A stretch of DNA of 63,112 nt, filler included, from Phoronis australis (lineage: Eukaryota; Animalia; Phoronida), in the NCBI GenBank assembly GCA_002633005.1. It is 11 parts of 11 records of this genome, joined end to end, with 100 filler letters (N's around TTAATTAATTAA, not from the genome) between each part and the next. Parts side by side here need not be neighbours in the genome. Positions count along the whole stretch, not along the records: positions 1 to 15,646 come from NMRA01000984.1; 10 more parts are not named here. The stretch is one strand, 5' to 3'. The notes beneath the pieces were generated by a model. The model did not search any database and had not been told where the DNA came from. It saw nothing but the letters and a program-made list of their open reading frames with translations. Below are positions 1-13,247 of this stretch, piece by piece. A program made the position numbers and the translations under genes. The stretch's first letter is position 1; every line of letters begins with the position of its first letter.

Positions 1-1296
1 TATGTATTTTTGTCTCGTTTACTCGCGGGACTTTTTGTTTCACTGAGGCGAACCTTTTTGCCCAATTCGCCAAATTGGGGGCTCGTTCGAGCACCCCAAT
101 CCCCCTTGGGTGCGCCCATTATTTACGCTGGCAGCAACGTGTGAAAGTCAAATCATACTTCGCGCACGTAGTCCCAGAAACAAGTAAAGGGGTTAAATAA
201 TTTCTTGGTAACTGAAAGTAAAGACGTGGCAGTCGTTTGGTGATTAATAGGGTTGTCATTTTCACTTTGGCTGTCATATGCAATAAGAAACGAGACGCAC
301 ATCTCTAAGTCACGATTGTCTGCTGGGACCGCTTGCGCGCTAACAACGGGACCGATCAGTGCCGCAGTGCCGGCAATATCAGAGATGTTGTCGTGGATAT
401 TTGGTACATGTAATAAGGACATCTTACGCAAAAAAAATAAACATATTTGTCCACCACAAAGTTTGATAAGTTGATCGCTTAAGAATTAGTAGAAACACCT
501 CCGTTTTGTGACATTTTATCACGTGTTATGCAGTGGCCCAAAACTTTCCAGCCCGAATCTGGAAACTTGCAAAAGTGGTCGAAAGTGTGAGCCAATGAAA
601 CGTGTCAAAGATCGATTCTGCATACCCCATGTTCACGCGACTTGCTTACATGTACAAGTCATCGGGAGGGCTGTTCTCGGTTGACGTTCTTTTGAACTTG
701 GATTTGGCAACAACCAAATAACGGTCGGATTAACAAGAGTTGCTTTATATTTGCCAGGTTTCTGCCGAGAAGTGTAAAAACTCAGCTCGCATACGTTGGA
801 AATTCCAGGTCGCATTTAGCGACTTGATACGAGCTAACAAAAATCTCAGCTCGCATTTCCAAATTTCAGGTCGCAAATGCGACCTGCAGCTCGTTATGTC
901 GAGCCCTGGTTTTGTATGGACAAAGATATCTGCTCTGTGTCAACCATATTGTTTTCACGTCGATAAGGGGACTTTTTGTCCTAAAATCCATAGCATATTC
1001 AATTTTAATTAAACAACTGTAACAGGCAAGGTGATTGTGTGTTGACTATTTTACATGCCATGTGGAGAATTTCTCCTTTACACTGGTCACGGATCTGATT
1101 CCCTAAGTCCCAGTTTCATGATCCCTATTCAACAGGTCCCTTTGTATTGATTTAGATCTGAACTAATGAAGTGGAAAGGTAATAGCTAGCACTACTTTCT
1201 TAATAATGATGGTTATTATTTCATCCAAATTGTTTTTCTCTGGCATTTGCACAGAGTTAAAGCCTGCAATTTGGAGAGCAGTTTTAACTTGGTACA

Positions 1297-2956
1297 TTTT
1301 TATGCGCCGTCCGTCCGGCATCTGGTGTCCGCTGCTCTATCTTCAAAACGCCTTAGACGTATGTTCATGAAATTTTGCACATGTGTTCCTTCCGTGGATG
1401 GGACGCCATGAACGAACTTTCGGATGGATCCGACTACCGGTGTGCCTCCTAGTGGCAATTTTAGTTTTTTACGTTTACCTCTGTATCTTCAACAGTCCTG
1501 AATGGATTTTCATAACATTTGGTATATAGGCACCTATTAGTGAGATGACGCTATCCTCCCGTTTTCAGATGGATTTGACGAAGTTTGCGCCACCTAGTGG
1601 CCATTTTTACTGTTTTCAAGTCTTTTTTTGCGTCCACCCCTCTATCAATCAAACCACTCAAAGGATGATTGTGAAAATTGTTATGCATGTTCTTACTATG
1701 AAGTGGACAGCTGACGATGATTTTCCGACAACTTCGACTACTGTGGCGCCTCCTAGTGGCTTTTTTTGCACCTATGGCTGTATCCCCGAAACCGTTCACA
1801 GGATCTTTACTAAATTTACTAAGTGTATTTATATGATATTAACAACGAAGGACCACGACTTTCAGACGGATCTGACTGCTGGTGTGCCACCTAGTGGCAA
1901 TTTTATTTTTTTACATTTGTTCAAAGGTCCTCAACATAGTTTCATAAAATTTGGCATACAGACATCTGTTAATTAGGTGACGCTATCTCTCCGTTTTCAG
2001 ATGGATTCGACCTCGTTTGCGCCACCTAGTGGCCGTTTTTAGTGTTTTCAAGTCTGTTTTTTGGCATCCACTCGTTTATCAACCAAACTGCTTTCTGGAT
2101 AATTGTGAAAATTTGCATGTATGTTTTTACTATGAAGTGGACGGCTGATGTCAATTTTTCGACTACTTTGGCGCCTCCTAATGGCAGTTTTTTTTTGCGC
2201 TCATGGCTGTATCTATTAAACCGTTTGCAGGATCTTTTCTTAATTTAGCAAGTGTATTTATATGATGTTGACAATGGTCGACGACGACTTTCGGACAGAT
2301 CTGACTACTGGTGTGCCCCCTAGTGGCAATTTTAGTTTTACGTTTACCAGTCTATCTTCCAAGGTCCTCAACAGATTTTCATAAAATTTTGAATATAGAC
2401 ATTTATTGGTGAGAAGATGCTATCATCCTGTTTTTGGATGGAATCGAGGTATTTTGCGCCACCTGGTGGCCATTATTGTTGTTTTCAAATCTTGTTTTTG
2501 GCGTCCACCCCTCGATCAACCAAATCATTCTAGGGATGGTTTTGAAAATTGGCATATGTTTTCAGTGTGAAGAGGACATTTGATGATGGCGACTGACTAC
2601 TGTGGCGCCTCCTAGTGGTAGTTTTTTTGCGCCCATATCTGTATCTCCTAAATCCACGGCAGGATCTTTATTAAATTTATTAAGTGAATTTATATGAAGA
2701 TAACAGACGACGACTTTCAGGCGGATGGAACGGACGCTGTGCCCACAAGTGGCAATTTCATTTTGTTCTCTTTTCTTTTGTTTCGCTAAAGTTCCTTGAC
2801 AAATTTTTATGAAATATGGCATGTTCCCGTTTTTGGATGGATTGTACATTTTTGCGCCATCTAGTGGCCATTTTTATGATACAAATAAATAACCCTAAAA
2901 GCACACCATTTGCGATGCATTGGTGGGCGCATTTCAACGCTCTGCGTTGCTCTTGT
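1297..2956 (+). mobile_element. Helentron-associated non-autonomous element (HINE-like) with tandem-repeat core, family A
   Basis: 5' TTTTTATGCGCC + (GTCC)n. Core of ~140-bp subunits in a ~430-440-bp higher-order repeat. 3' subterminal inverted repeat GTGGGCGCAT + hairpin CAACGC-TCT-GCGTTG-CTCTTGT. Confidence 0.8.
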
Positions 2957-3021
2957 AAATATTAAATTAATTTGCGTTGATCTTGACAAACTGACACTTC
3001 CCAAGGGAACCTTGGTTTTAA

Positions 3022-4336
3022 AGGCGAAAGCAACCTTTTTTCATGTCACTTTTAGCAAAAATAAGGTTCACTGATTATCCCAGACACATTTTTCACTTAA
3101 TTACAGCTTTTCATAGTTTGATTAATTTCTCGTCCTCTACTCCGGAAGTGACGTTTTGGGAGGCAAGAATTTCGCGTCAATTTCTTTGCATTATAGTCTG
3201 ACTGTGAGAGCTGTCAAGTCAGTCATTGTTCTACCTCAGTTGTGATAAGTTTGGTCATCGTTTGCTTTTGTTTACAAGTCACTCAACGTGCCACGCTGTT
3301 GCTGCGTGCCGGGATGTACTCATTATCGTGTCACACGCGCTTTGGGTACCTTGCGTCCATCCGAAGGAGGACACACTTCGCCGTACTTGGCTAGCTCGTT
3401 CATGTGAAGAACGCAGCGCTACCCATCCACGCAGTGTACAAAGCAGTGGAGGGTTACCGAGTGTGTGGCAAGCGTTTTCTGCCGCCAGATTATGACAGAT
3501 ATGTACGCTGAATTGATGAAGGTCCCTGCGAAACACCGCCTGAAGAAGGGTACCATACCGTCGCTGTTGATTCCCGGCAGTGCCCCGTCGCCAACCCCGA
3601 GAAGTGCGTTTTTGAAGCGAGAAGCCTCGCGAACTGTGACCATTATATACAGTGACTGGAGGCACTTCATCTAGTGTCACCCGTGCCTCCGAACGTACCC
3701 CACTGCGTACAATTCAGGGAAGTAGCAGTGATTCACCCTGTGCTGTTGTCTCTATCCCAGAGCCTGTAAGCAGCCCTGAAGGGATGTTGAGTAGTGGGAG
3801 TGAATACAGGCCCAGTTCGACACCCAGTGAAGAGGACAGTTCGTCATCCAATGAACAGATCGGTGAACCTACGTTTGATAAGTTTATTGTGGACTTGTAT
3901 TGGAGCTATTTGGAAGGTGCTAGGTGTGTGGCAAGGGAGTCACACGGCGGGATGTTTGGGATCACCCTTCAGTGGGAGTGTTTTGTGGGACACTCGGGCA
4001 AGTGAGACGGTTCTTCCTCTGTACGTGAGACGATAATGAGTACATCCCAGTACGTAGCAACAGCGTGGCGTGTTGACTGACTCGTAAGCAAAAGCAAATG
4101 ACGACCGAACTTATCACAACCAAGGTAGAACAATGACTGACTCGACTGCTCTCACAGTCAGACTACATGAAAAGAAATTGGCGCGGAATTCTTGCCTCCC
4201 AAAACGTTACTTCCGGAGTAGACAACGAGTAATTAATTAAATTACGAAAAGCAGTAAATAAGTGAAAAATATGTCTGGGATAATCAACGAACCTTATTTT
4301 TGCTAAAAATGACATGAAAAAATGTTGCCTTCGCCT
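3022..4336 (+). mobile_element. Kolobok-type DNA transposon, internally deleted, with decayed THAP transposase 5' part
   Basis: TTAA on both sides, AGG...CCT termini, ~313-bp imperfect TIRs (3022-3334 / 4025-4336). Frameshifted THAP motifs PRCCCVPGC, HPKEDTLRRTW, RVCGKRF, RLKKGTIPSL, then KFIVD...ITLQWECFVGHSGK. Confidence 0.85.
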
Positions 4337-4519
4337 TTAAATATATTTCATACCTGTTTTCATTACTTTATTTTAATACTCCTATCTACTTGTTTTTTTC
4401 TTACCGTTTACTTAGGGTTGCTATCTTTCAATTTTGTGTTTAAACGAAGTATCAAAACAATTTAGAAGTCATTTAATTGTGAACCCATCCCTGACTTTTC
4501 CAGATTACAGCTGCGACAC

Positions 4520-4595
4520 CAAACATGTCACATCAAACATGTCACATCAAACATGTCACATCAAACATGTCACATCAAACATGTCACATCAAACA
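4520..4595. repeat. 14-bp minisatellite (CAAACATGTCACAT)x5.4
   Basis: Perfect tandem copies. Confidence 0.97.
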
Positions 4596-5942
4596 GTTTT
4601 CCCCGGACTTGCCATTAGTTCAATTTCAATTTTTATTAGAACTCAAATCATAAAATATATGCAGAAGTGCAAATATGGTGGTAGCCAAACTGAAGATTTG
4701 GAACCTCTGGACAATTCTGGTTGCAGTAACTACATAACTTTTCTAGCTTTTCCTCAGTCATAAAAAAGGAAATCAGCTCATGCCCTCCGACCAACCTCAT
4801 CCACTGCTCGCACTCTCTCGTTGAGTACACAAAGCTAGCCATCTTAGTTGTCTTCATAGGTGTTCCATTACAACAACAAGCTAACTATCGAAATTGACGC
4901 ATTTCCGCAAATAGCAGTTTTCCGGTTAGTATACTTCTCTTGGAGTAAAGTAGTTCGGTATGCACTGTGCCATAAGCTATGTTTTAAAAGTTATTGACAT
5001 CTAATTTAGTCACTGTGTATTGTTTATAGATGTTTCAATGTAGCTTAGCTGTATATTAAAAGAATAATCCACGTGATATTGTTAACTCTGATCAGCGTTT
5101 GTAAATCATCGAGTATATCAATGCGCACAGTCGTTTATCTTCTATCGTACCCAATGTTTGTAGTCTTTAGCTTAATAGTTCATCGATTTTTAAAAATTGA
5201 AAACCAAACTTGGTTGTTTGTTCCATCTGAATACAGCTGTGGCATTTGTTTTTAACCAAAACTGTTGGTTAATGCATTTTGAAAATTCGCCAATATGTAC
5301 AGGCAGAGATGTTTACTACAGTTTGTGGTCGGGTAATGCGCACCAGACAATGCGGTCATCGCAACTGAGTCCAACTGGCGCCGCGCTCTCTTTGATTCCA
5401 GTAAAAGCCACTCAGAAGGACTTGCGGTGAAAAGTCGCGCATATCTTTAGAAATGCGTGACTTTCGTGTCAGCACATTATTCACAGCATCCACCCTGTCT
5501 GATCGTTAGCTCTACACATACGTTTGTCTATTCATATCTGTAGTTCTAAGATAGATTTTCATAAAATTTGGCAATGAAATAGGTTTCTGTTTGGGAGACG
5601 ACAATGCTTTCCCATTTTCAGACACCTTCAGTATTAATATTCTGCGCCACATGGAGACCATTTTTATGATACTAATAAACATTCTTATTAGCTCATTGCA
5701 ATGGCATTTGTGAGTGCATTTCAGTCTCATGGATAGGTTTTGTTATTGCCTTGGTCAAAGTGCTTGTAACTTCCAGAAGGCTATCCCATCTAGTAATAAT
5801 CATAAAAGTAAGTTATCGGCTATGAAATGGATGATGGCGGCTAAACGCTGATGAGTTCAGTAACAGGAATAGCTCTTGGTAATGAAGCAATCTCTTGGTT
5901 CACTGTCTCTGTTCTAGATTGCAGCCTGTGTTCAGCCAATAG

Positions 5943-6195
5943 ATGGCTCTGTCTGACCTACCTAGGAGACTGGCGATTCGTTTAGCCAAATCAGGATGCG
6001 CAAACCGGCCGTTCTACTTGATTGTCGTCACTGGAAAACGTAGACCAAGAGATAAGAACTTTATCGAACAGCTTGGCTCATATGATCCAATGCCAAATGT
6101 ACACAATGAGAAACTAGTGGCCTTGAACTTTGAAAGGATCCGACATTGGATGGGAAAAGGGGCACAGCCTGTCAAATCTGTTTCCAAGCTGCTGG
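5943..6195 (+). CDS. MRPS16: Mitochondrial ribosomal protein S16, coding exon 1
   Basis: Translates [29 protein letters not shown]...[46 protein letters not shown], the bS16 family signature. GTAAG donor at 6196 (phase 1). Upstream acceptor ttctAG at 5916-5917. Confidence 0.96.
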
Positions 6196-6784
6196 GTAAG
6201 TCCACTTTTTATGAAAAAAATGTGTCAGAATTAATACACCCATTACGTTAATTTGTGTCTTTGGTTTGGTTGTGTTGAATGATGTAAAAATGCAGCGTAA
6301 GCTTGCTTAAAACCCCACTTGTCAATTTGAATGTGGTAGATCTCTTGGTTATGATTTTGTTAGGTAAGTGGTATTGTTATTCGTCTGTTGCTTGCTATGA
6401 TTTACAAAAGGCAAGTCATTCAGAAACTTTCTGAAATTACAGTATGCTTCTTGCCAAAATGACACAGAATTGAAAGTCACGATGGCTTAGCACAAGTGGC
6501 ATTCCATGTAATGGCTGCCGAGAGCAAGCAGTCTTTACCATCAACTAGAGGGAGCTGTCACTATGGGTAATGGCCCGTTTTGGCTGGAACAATTTTTTTC
6601 CGCTATACCTGCCACAGAGGAGATCTTCTATGCTGTGTTGCACTCCTCCCCCTCTTCAATCCTGACAACAGGAGATGAAATATTTTAAGGAAAAGTCACC
6701 CATAAACATTTTACACTTGTCTATTACCTAGATCTCACTGCATTGAAAATTTTGAGATAATATGTGAAAATATAACATTTCCAG

Positions 6785-6885
6785 GTCTGGCCGGGTTTCT
6801 CCCTATCCATCCTATGACTTTCGTCGAAGCTGAGAGACGGCGTAAGAAACTGGAAAATCCAGAAGTGGTTGAGGAAGAAAACTGA
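6785..6885 (+). CDS. MRPS16: Mitochondrial ribosomal protein S16, coding exon 2 (117 aa total)
   Basis: tttccAG acceptor at 6783-6784, phase-compatible. Reads (G)LAGFLPIHPMTFVEAERRRKKLENPEVVEEEN*, matching the conserved GLAGFFPLHP motif. Confidence 0.95.
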
Positions 6886-9800
6886 CCGTGAAAAGAAGGA
6901 TTAGTGTGGTTGTTGTCCACCTTAGATGTTATGATCAAGTGTTGTTAGAAGATGAATAAGAAAAGATTGTGGGAATTTATCCCCAAGACTCAATCGTAAG
7001 CTGCCGTTCTTCCTGTGACGTTACGCTATGATTCAATACAGTGATGAATTGTTGTATCAAGGAATGCCGGGGGAATGCACAATTTCTTGTCAGTGCAGCT
7101 ATGATAGCTATTTATGTATTAAGAACGATGGGTAACGTTCCAGTGCTTCCATGGTGGTGAGTTAGTGATCAATTCATTGTGACTTTCAATTCACTAGGTG
7201 GCGCTTGTGCAGCCATTGTCCTACCTTTAGGAATGAATATTGAGGTAGTCGCGCGGGACTATTAGCCCCTCCCACATGCCCTCAAGCTGTTGTACCACTT
7301 TCTGCTCACAATCTATTCAGGTGTTTGAGAGACGAGCATTTACTCACAAGCGCCACCTGGTGAATATAAGTCTCATTTGTGCATTGGCCTTTTAACACGA
7401 GCATCAGTGAGGATTTCCAACCTTATACATGCTCAGAGAGGTTCATTACTTCACCCAATCATCTTGGCTTTTGGCATGAATGTTGGCTTCCAGTGTTGAA
7501 TGATATGCTCTAATTTCTGGAGAGTATTCTGCAGACCACGTTTAATGGCGAGAAAAAAAGGTATTACTAGACATCAAAATTGCACGAGTGAAAGGCGAGT
7601 GTCTAGGGGGAGTATGCTGAGGGGATTACTAGCCCATCCTGTTAAAATAGTCGGCCCATGAAGTGATTAGTTGGTGAGGTTGTGCTGAATTGTGAGATTG
7701 AAGATTTTTGGCTGGGAGTCTGAGCTGATTACGGAACCTAGGCCAGGATATGATAGCATCGGTCTCCAAATGGTGGAATACAAACAGTGTGTAAGACTGG
7801 ATCAGACAATCCCTCCCTGTGCAGTCAAGGGTGCATAGGCAATCTACTATTGAAAATCCTCCGGCAATGTTTGGCAGTATGCGGAATTTGCGGAGTTTAG
7901 TGTTTTCGCCATCAGCAGACGTATTGTGCAGTGTTGAAATAATTGTAATAATGACTTACAGGGTCCTGCATTTTGAAAACAATTTTTTCCTCTGAATGAT
8001 GTGCACCAAACTAGTTCTCAAAATACGGGCACCCTGTAAGTGAGTATTGCTGAGATGGTAATTAGTCTGCTTGCGTGCAAGATGTTGAAGAATATTTCTT
8101 ACCCCTGATTTACAGTTTTGTCACTTTGTTGGGTTAGACTATGTGTTGATATTTCGTGATGTTTTTGTGCACATTTTTATCTTGGATAATAGAAACACTG
8201 AATGATTGTGTAACTTAAAAATTGTCGACATCATTTTACATGCCGTACTTATCCAGGGTATAGGCTTACGTTTGACTGAACACCCACACTTTTAAACACA
8301 ACATGCTTGGCTTAGGGCCCCCCTCTAATTTGTGCCATATGAGTGTAATTTGTGAACGTCCATCTCATGTGAAATTTAATTCCCTTGAGGTGCTGTTGAT
8401 AATTTGCTCACACCTTTGGGTGATGAACAGTCAGTTTCAGTTCCACCTTGTCATGTTTAGATTTGGCTCATGTGCATTCTACTAGTATCCAACTTGTGGG
8501 CAAAAGATGGGGAAGTCACTTGGTAAAATGTCCTTCCCCCACATAAAATGTTTATGTGCTTGGCTTAACACCCACCTCCTGAGTTAAGCCCCCTGGGCGT
8601 TACCAAGTGGAGTATGACATAATTACTGAATTGTTACCTAGAGTGTACATAGCCAGTGCTCCTGGAGATTTAAAAATATATTCCCAAGGTTTGCCTTTCA
8701 AATAATGATGATTTGGAGCATAGTATAGCTGAAAGACGACAAGCTTGACCATTTTATAGCAAAGCGTTCTTTAAATAGGCAGTCATAAATTGCCTTTTGA
8801 CATCATTTGCTGTCAACTCAATCAGATGCTTTGTGAATTGAAGTGTGTGCGTGGAGTCTCATTTGTCACGTACCAATTGACTGCTGGATGAAGGTGAGCT
8901 TGTCAACAAGCGTATTCGCCCACATATGTGTATCAAATACTGCAATTGTTGTTCTCACCCATTGTCTGAAAATGATGTTAGTGATAACTCCAACAGGTCA
9001 AGAGGTCGCGATATTGTGAGGGAAAGTATGTACAAATTAATATGCTTTCGATAATGTGATCATGTGATCGCTTGCAAGTGTGGACAGATCAGAAGTCTCA
9101 CTGAATGTTCATTTCTTGTTCTTACTGAATATATTTTTACGTGGTTGATTTCATGTACTGTAATAATTCTTCACTTATTTGGCACACAATATAGCGGACA
9201 AGCAAAGTGTTTTTATCTAACTTCTCCACAAAAAATAAAGATTAAGAAAATTTTAGTCTACTACTGGCATAATTTGTACTGCGTTGATGTCATGAGACAA
9301 TATGTTGGTGAGGTTTCTACCGTTTGTACCCAGGCAAGCAATCAACCTTTGAAAAATGGAAAATGGCATTTCTGGCTATTTTTTGTATAAATTTAGAATA
9401 ACCATGTACAAATTCTTGAGACATAATCAGTTTAGATAATAATTGTCAAAAGGTAATTAAATCAACTGGTTGCATCTCAAAATTTGTCTATTTTCATTAG
9501 TTTCTACCTGCAGTTGTTATCAAATCTGTCACACCCGGACTGTCTTAAAACATTTCCATAGTAACAATTTCAAAGTTCATGGAATTGGAAAAGATGGCTG
9601 TAATACAGTGATGCTGCTGAGTAAAGAACTACTTATTTATTCCTACTCAAACCTAATCACACCACAATGAACTGAGACTGAATTGGAGCAATCAAATTTT
9701 GAAGTGTTTGAATGATTTTTTTTGATTTTTGGGCAGATAAACGTTAGGAATTAATCTAGTTTTAAAGCCTGACGTTTATGGAATTTTGTTATAAAATTTT

Positions 9801-12800
9801 AGATGTATTTGGGCTAGCCAGATAGTCCTAGCAAAGCCTTTGTAAAATAAGAAAATGTGAGTTTAAAAACTCAAAAGTAGGCCCGTCAATTGATACTTGA
9901 AGTTGGCTTAGAACAGTTGAATGTCGCAAATTCAGTGCAAATCCACCACTGTGTATCTTTTTGTTTAATCTATCCATAAACTCCATTTGGTCCATGGTGT
10001 TATCACATGTTAGAACTTGCCATATTAAAGAATCATAACAAGTACACCTCAAAAATTATCTATCCAAGACTGGTTTTATAAGATGGCGCTCTTGTCAGTA
10101 ATAACCCCACTCATCTTAACCGGTTCTGTTAGAAGTAATAGCAAATCCATTATTGCTTGAGACCATATTACAGTTAATTTGTTGAGCTTAGCCATCGAGG
10201 TCCAGCATGCGTATTGCAGGACTTGGAATTTTCCTCTTTAAAGGTATTTTTTTGGTTTCAATTTCCATTTATTTAATTTCCAGTTTTCTCTTTTTGCGTC
10301 TTTTTATAATTATTTTGACTTTATCCATGCAAAAACATTTATTTCACTTAAATGTTACAACACAAAAATATTTCTTATCTCACATGCTTATTTATTTGTG
10401 GAACGATATATCACCTGGAAAATTTTCCTCTTTTTGGTCATTGGTCATTCCACACCCTGATATTGGGGCTGACTTTGCAGGACTGGAGTGACCAGTCAAT
10501 GTTCTGGAATTAGTAAAGCATTTATTTTGTTAATCTTGTTGGATGTGTTGAAGTGAGTCATAATTGCCATAATCCACAGATGAATTTGATGAATATTCAA
10601 AAGAAATGAGTGTTTTTATTGAAAAGAATTACAAGCCAAACTGTCATAGCACTGCGGAGATCTGGAAATTCAGCTGCCACACATTCATATTCCTGACCAA
10701 TGCACAACTTTGGCATCCGTGAAATATTCGTGAAAAAAATTAAGAAAAAACAAGTGACATAAACTGAAAGGTCATGTGAGTGTGTACATTCTGATTATCC
10801 ATGGAATTCTGTAACTGGAGTTTGCTGAATAACAAAAATAAAGGAATCTTTTGAAGAATGTTCGTGTAATTGGTTTTTGATTCACTTATTAAATGTCTTT
10901 ATAACTAAATGTTCGAAACCCACTTGGTGCGTTTTTCAGGACTTGACTATTTTTTGTTAATTTCATCCCATGAGGGCAACTACGGTAACACCTGAGATTT
11001 ACCAATGCCCCCCTGGATTCTTAATTGTAAACTAAAAACAACATGCTATTTTATGTGACACTGCGAAAACAAGCTCTCGGTGCAACTTGTCGGCCTTAGT
11101 ACTATTCTGTGTGTTATGCATCTCTGTTATCAAGTCATTTAATTAATATGTGAAGGTGAGTTGTTGCCATGAGAACGGCCTTTTGTGCACAATTTATGCA
11201 GGTAGGCGTCGTAGTTGTGTTCCTCGGTTTATCCTCTCTTTCTCTCTTTCTAATTGCGTTGAACAGGAATATTATGGACGCTTCCTGTTTGTGTAGCATT
11301 GAGGAGGTGTGTATTTCAACTGCAGGAAACCTCGCCTCATAGACGCAAACACTCGCGAAAAACACAAGGTCACATGAGACTTTGGGAGATGTCGCCATGC
11401 GTTTCTAGTGAAGTACACATGATCACGCTAGCTGTATTTGTGAGATTCTTGCATCTTCAGATCTTGGCCCTCACACCGCCATAAATCTTTTCATCTATAA
11501 GTACCATGGGTAAATGGTACATGCTTAGAAGAAGATAAAAGAATATTTGCTGTTATTTTATGTTCAAGGGATTTGTTATTAAATTATCTAGCCTACTAGC
11601 CAGACTGTCTTGTCTCAAGTTCAGATCCCTTTTAATGTATGCGTACATCATGTGTTCGGAAAGAAGTCAAGTTGCTTTTTGAGAAACCTTGACGATGTGT
11701 TAATTGTTACCCCCACCAAGAGCCTCAACCTTGAAATCGGTTAATCACACTTGGTCAAGTTGTACATCAGTTTATGACATACACATCAATAGACCAGATT
11801 CAGATTGTAAATTGCTCAGTATGTCTGAGATGTTGTGGAGGAAAGTTCAAGCTTGGCTTTCATGGTAACATTTTTTATCCATTCTAAATTACACAAGCTT
11901 TTAAATTGGTAGTTGCAAATTCAGTGCCATTTAATGGCACTGAATAATAGCATTGTCATGTTAATGCGAGTTATTCGCGCTAATCAATATTTGTAATTTT
12001 TGTGAACAGTTTTGAGGCTTGACGTACTTGGTTATTGTCTCCAATCTCGAGCTTCAGTCACTGTGAAGTGGCTTTCACAAACTGGCTACAGGATGCACAG
12101 TGTGTCTTAAACTATAAGTTGGATGAGTTTCTAAAAAATGTCCCAAGTTTGTCTAAGTTCTAATTCGTCATATTTCAGAAATTGCTGATACGATCCTCGT
12201 GAAACTTTCAGATACTTATAATGCTATTAGGAATTGTTTTCAAATTGTTTTGCATGAGAGGTTATCAAATAATGGGGCTTTTATGAAAAAAGAAACAAAA
12301 ATTGTATTCCCTGAAAACAATTGAAACTGTAAATTTGTGTGGGGTGATGTTGATGATACCATTGTATTACTTTATGTTTAGTAAATTTAATTTACTAAAA
12401 AGGCGTTGTCATGACCCAATTTATAGCATTTGGCACAACTTGAAGTCAAATTCCACCGGGTTTTCTACTTCCAGAAAATGTGTATTTTACTGAATTAAAA
12501 TCTATAGTTTTGTAGATATTTGACTAATACGTGAACGTGTTGGTAAGTGGCCGTGCACGACCTTAGGCCTAAATTCTTTCTAACTTCTGTTGTCATTGGG
12601 GTTTATGCCTTCATGCAGTGATAAAATCCCACCAATTTTGGACACAATATGGCTGACAGCTGAAATTTTATTTTTCTCTATTTGCCTTATAAAAACACCA
12701 CATTAATGCTACCGGCTAGTTTATGATATCTATCATCACACATAAAAATTGAAAACTACTGGGCAATTACGACGATGTGAGAAGACCTTGATCAATGAAA

Positions 12801-13247
12801 ATAATTTGCAATTATTTTTGTCCAAAATTGGCGAGACTTCATCGTTCACAATGCGTTTCTTCTAGATTGTCAGTGTTGGATAACTTGAGATATCATACGA
12901 AAGGTAGATATGATGTTCCAAAGCTATCCAAATTAGGACATTTTCTAGGGCTCTACATAAATCCTTCCTGGAATGAATTTTTGTTATTCTATGTGAAAAC
13001 ATGGTTTTTACACTGAATGCGGGCATATCTGTACCTGAAGCAGCATTATTGGTTTATCATGATTCAAGGTACGATTTGAATTCCATTTCATTCCTGTTTA
13101 GCTGGATAAAAGATGGAAACCATATTCGTCCTATTATAGCTCTCATCAAATTGATAGGCTATTTCCCTTACTAACTAGAGCATTAAAAACCAGCGATCTC
13201 TCTCGGGTATTTTGTCTTGTGAGTATTTTTGGACATAGTGTAATAAG

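Noticed and set aside
1545-2849. ORFs inside HINE-like tandem cores (also 13401-14394 and 23838-24588)
   Set aside because: Chance translations of non-coding repeats; frames are not conserved between copies.
6196-6251. C-terminal part of ORF 5943..6251
   Set aside because: Intron read-through; the conserved S16 sequence continues at 6785.
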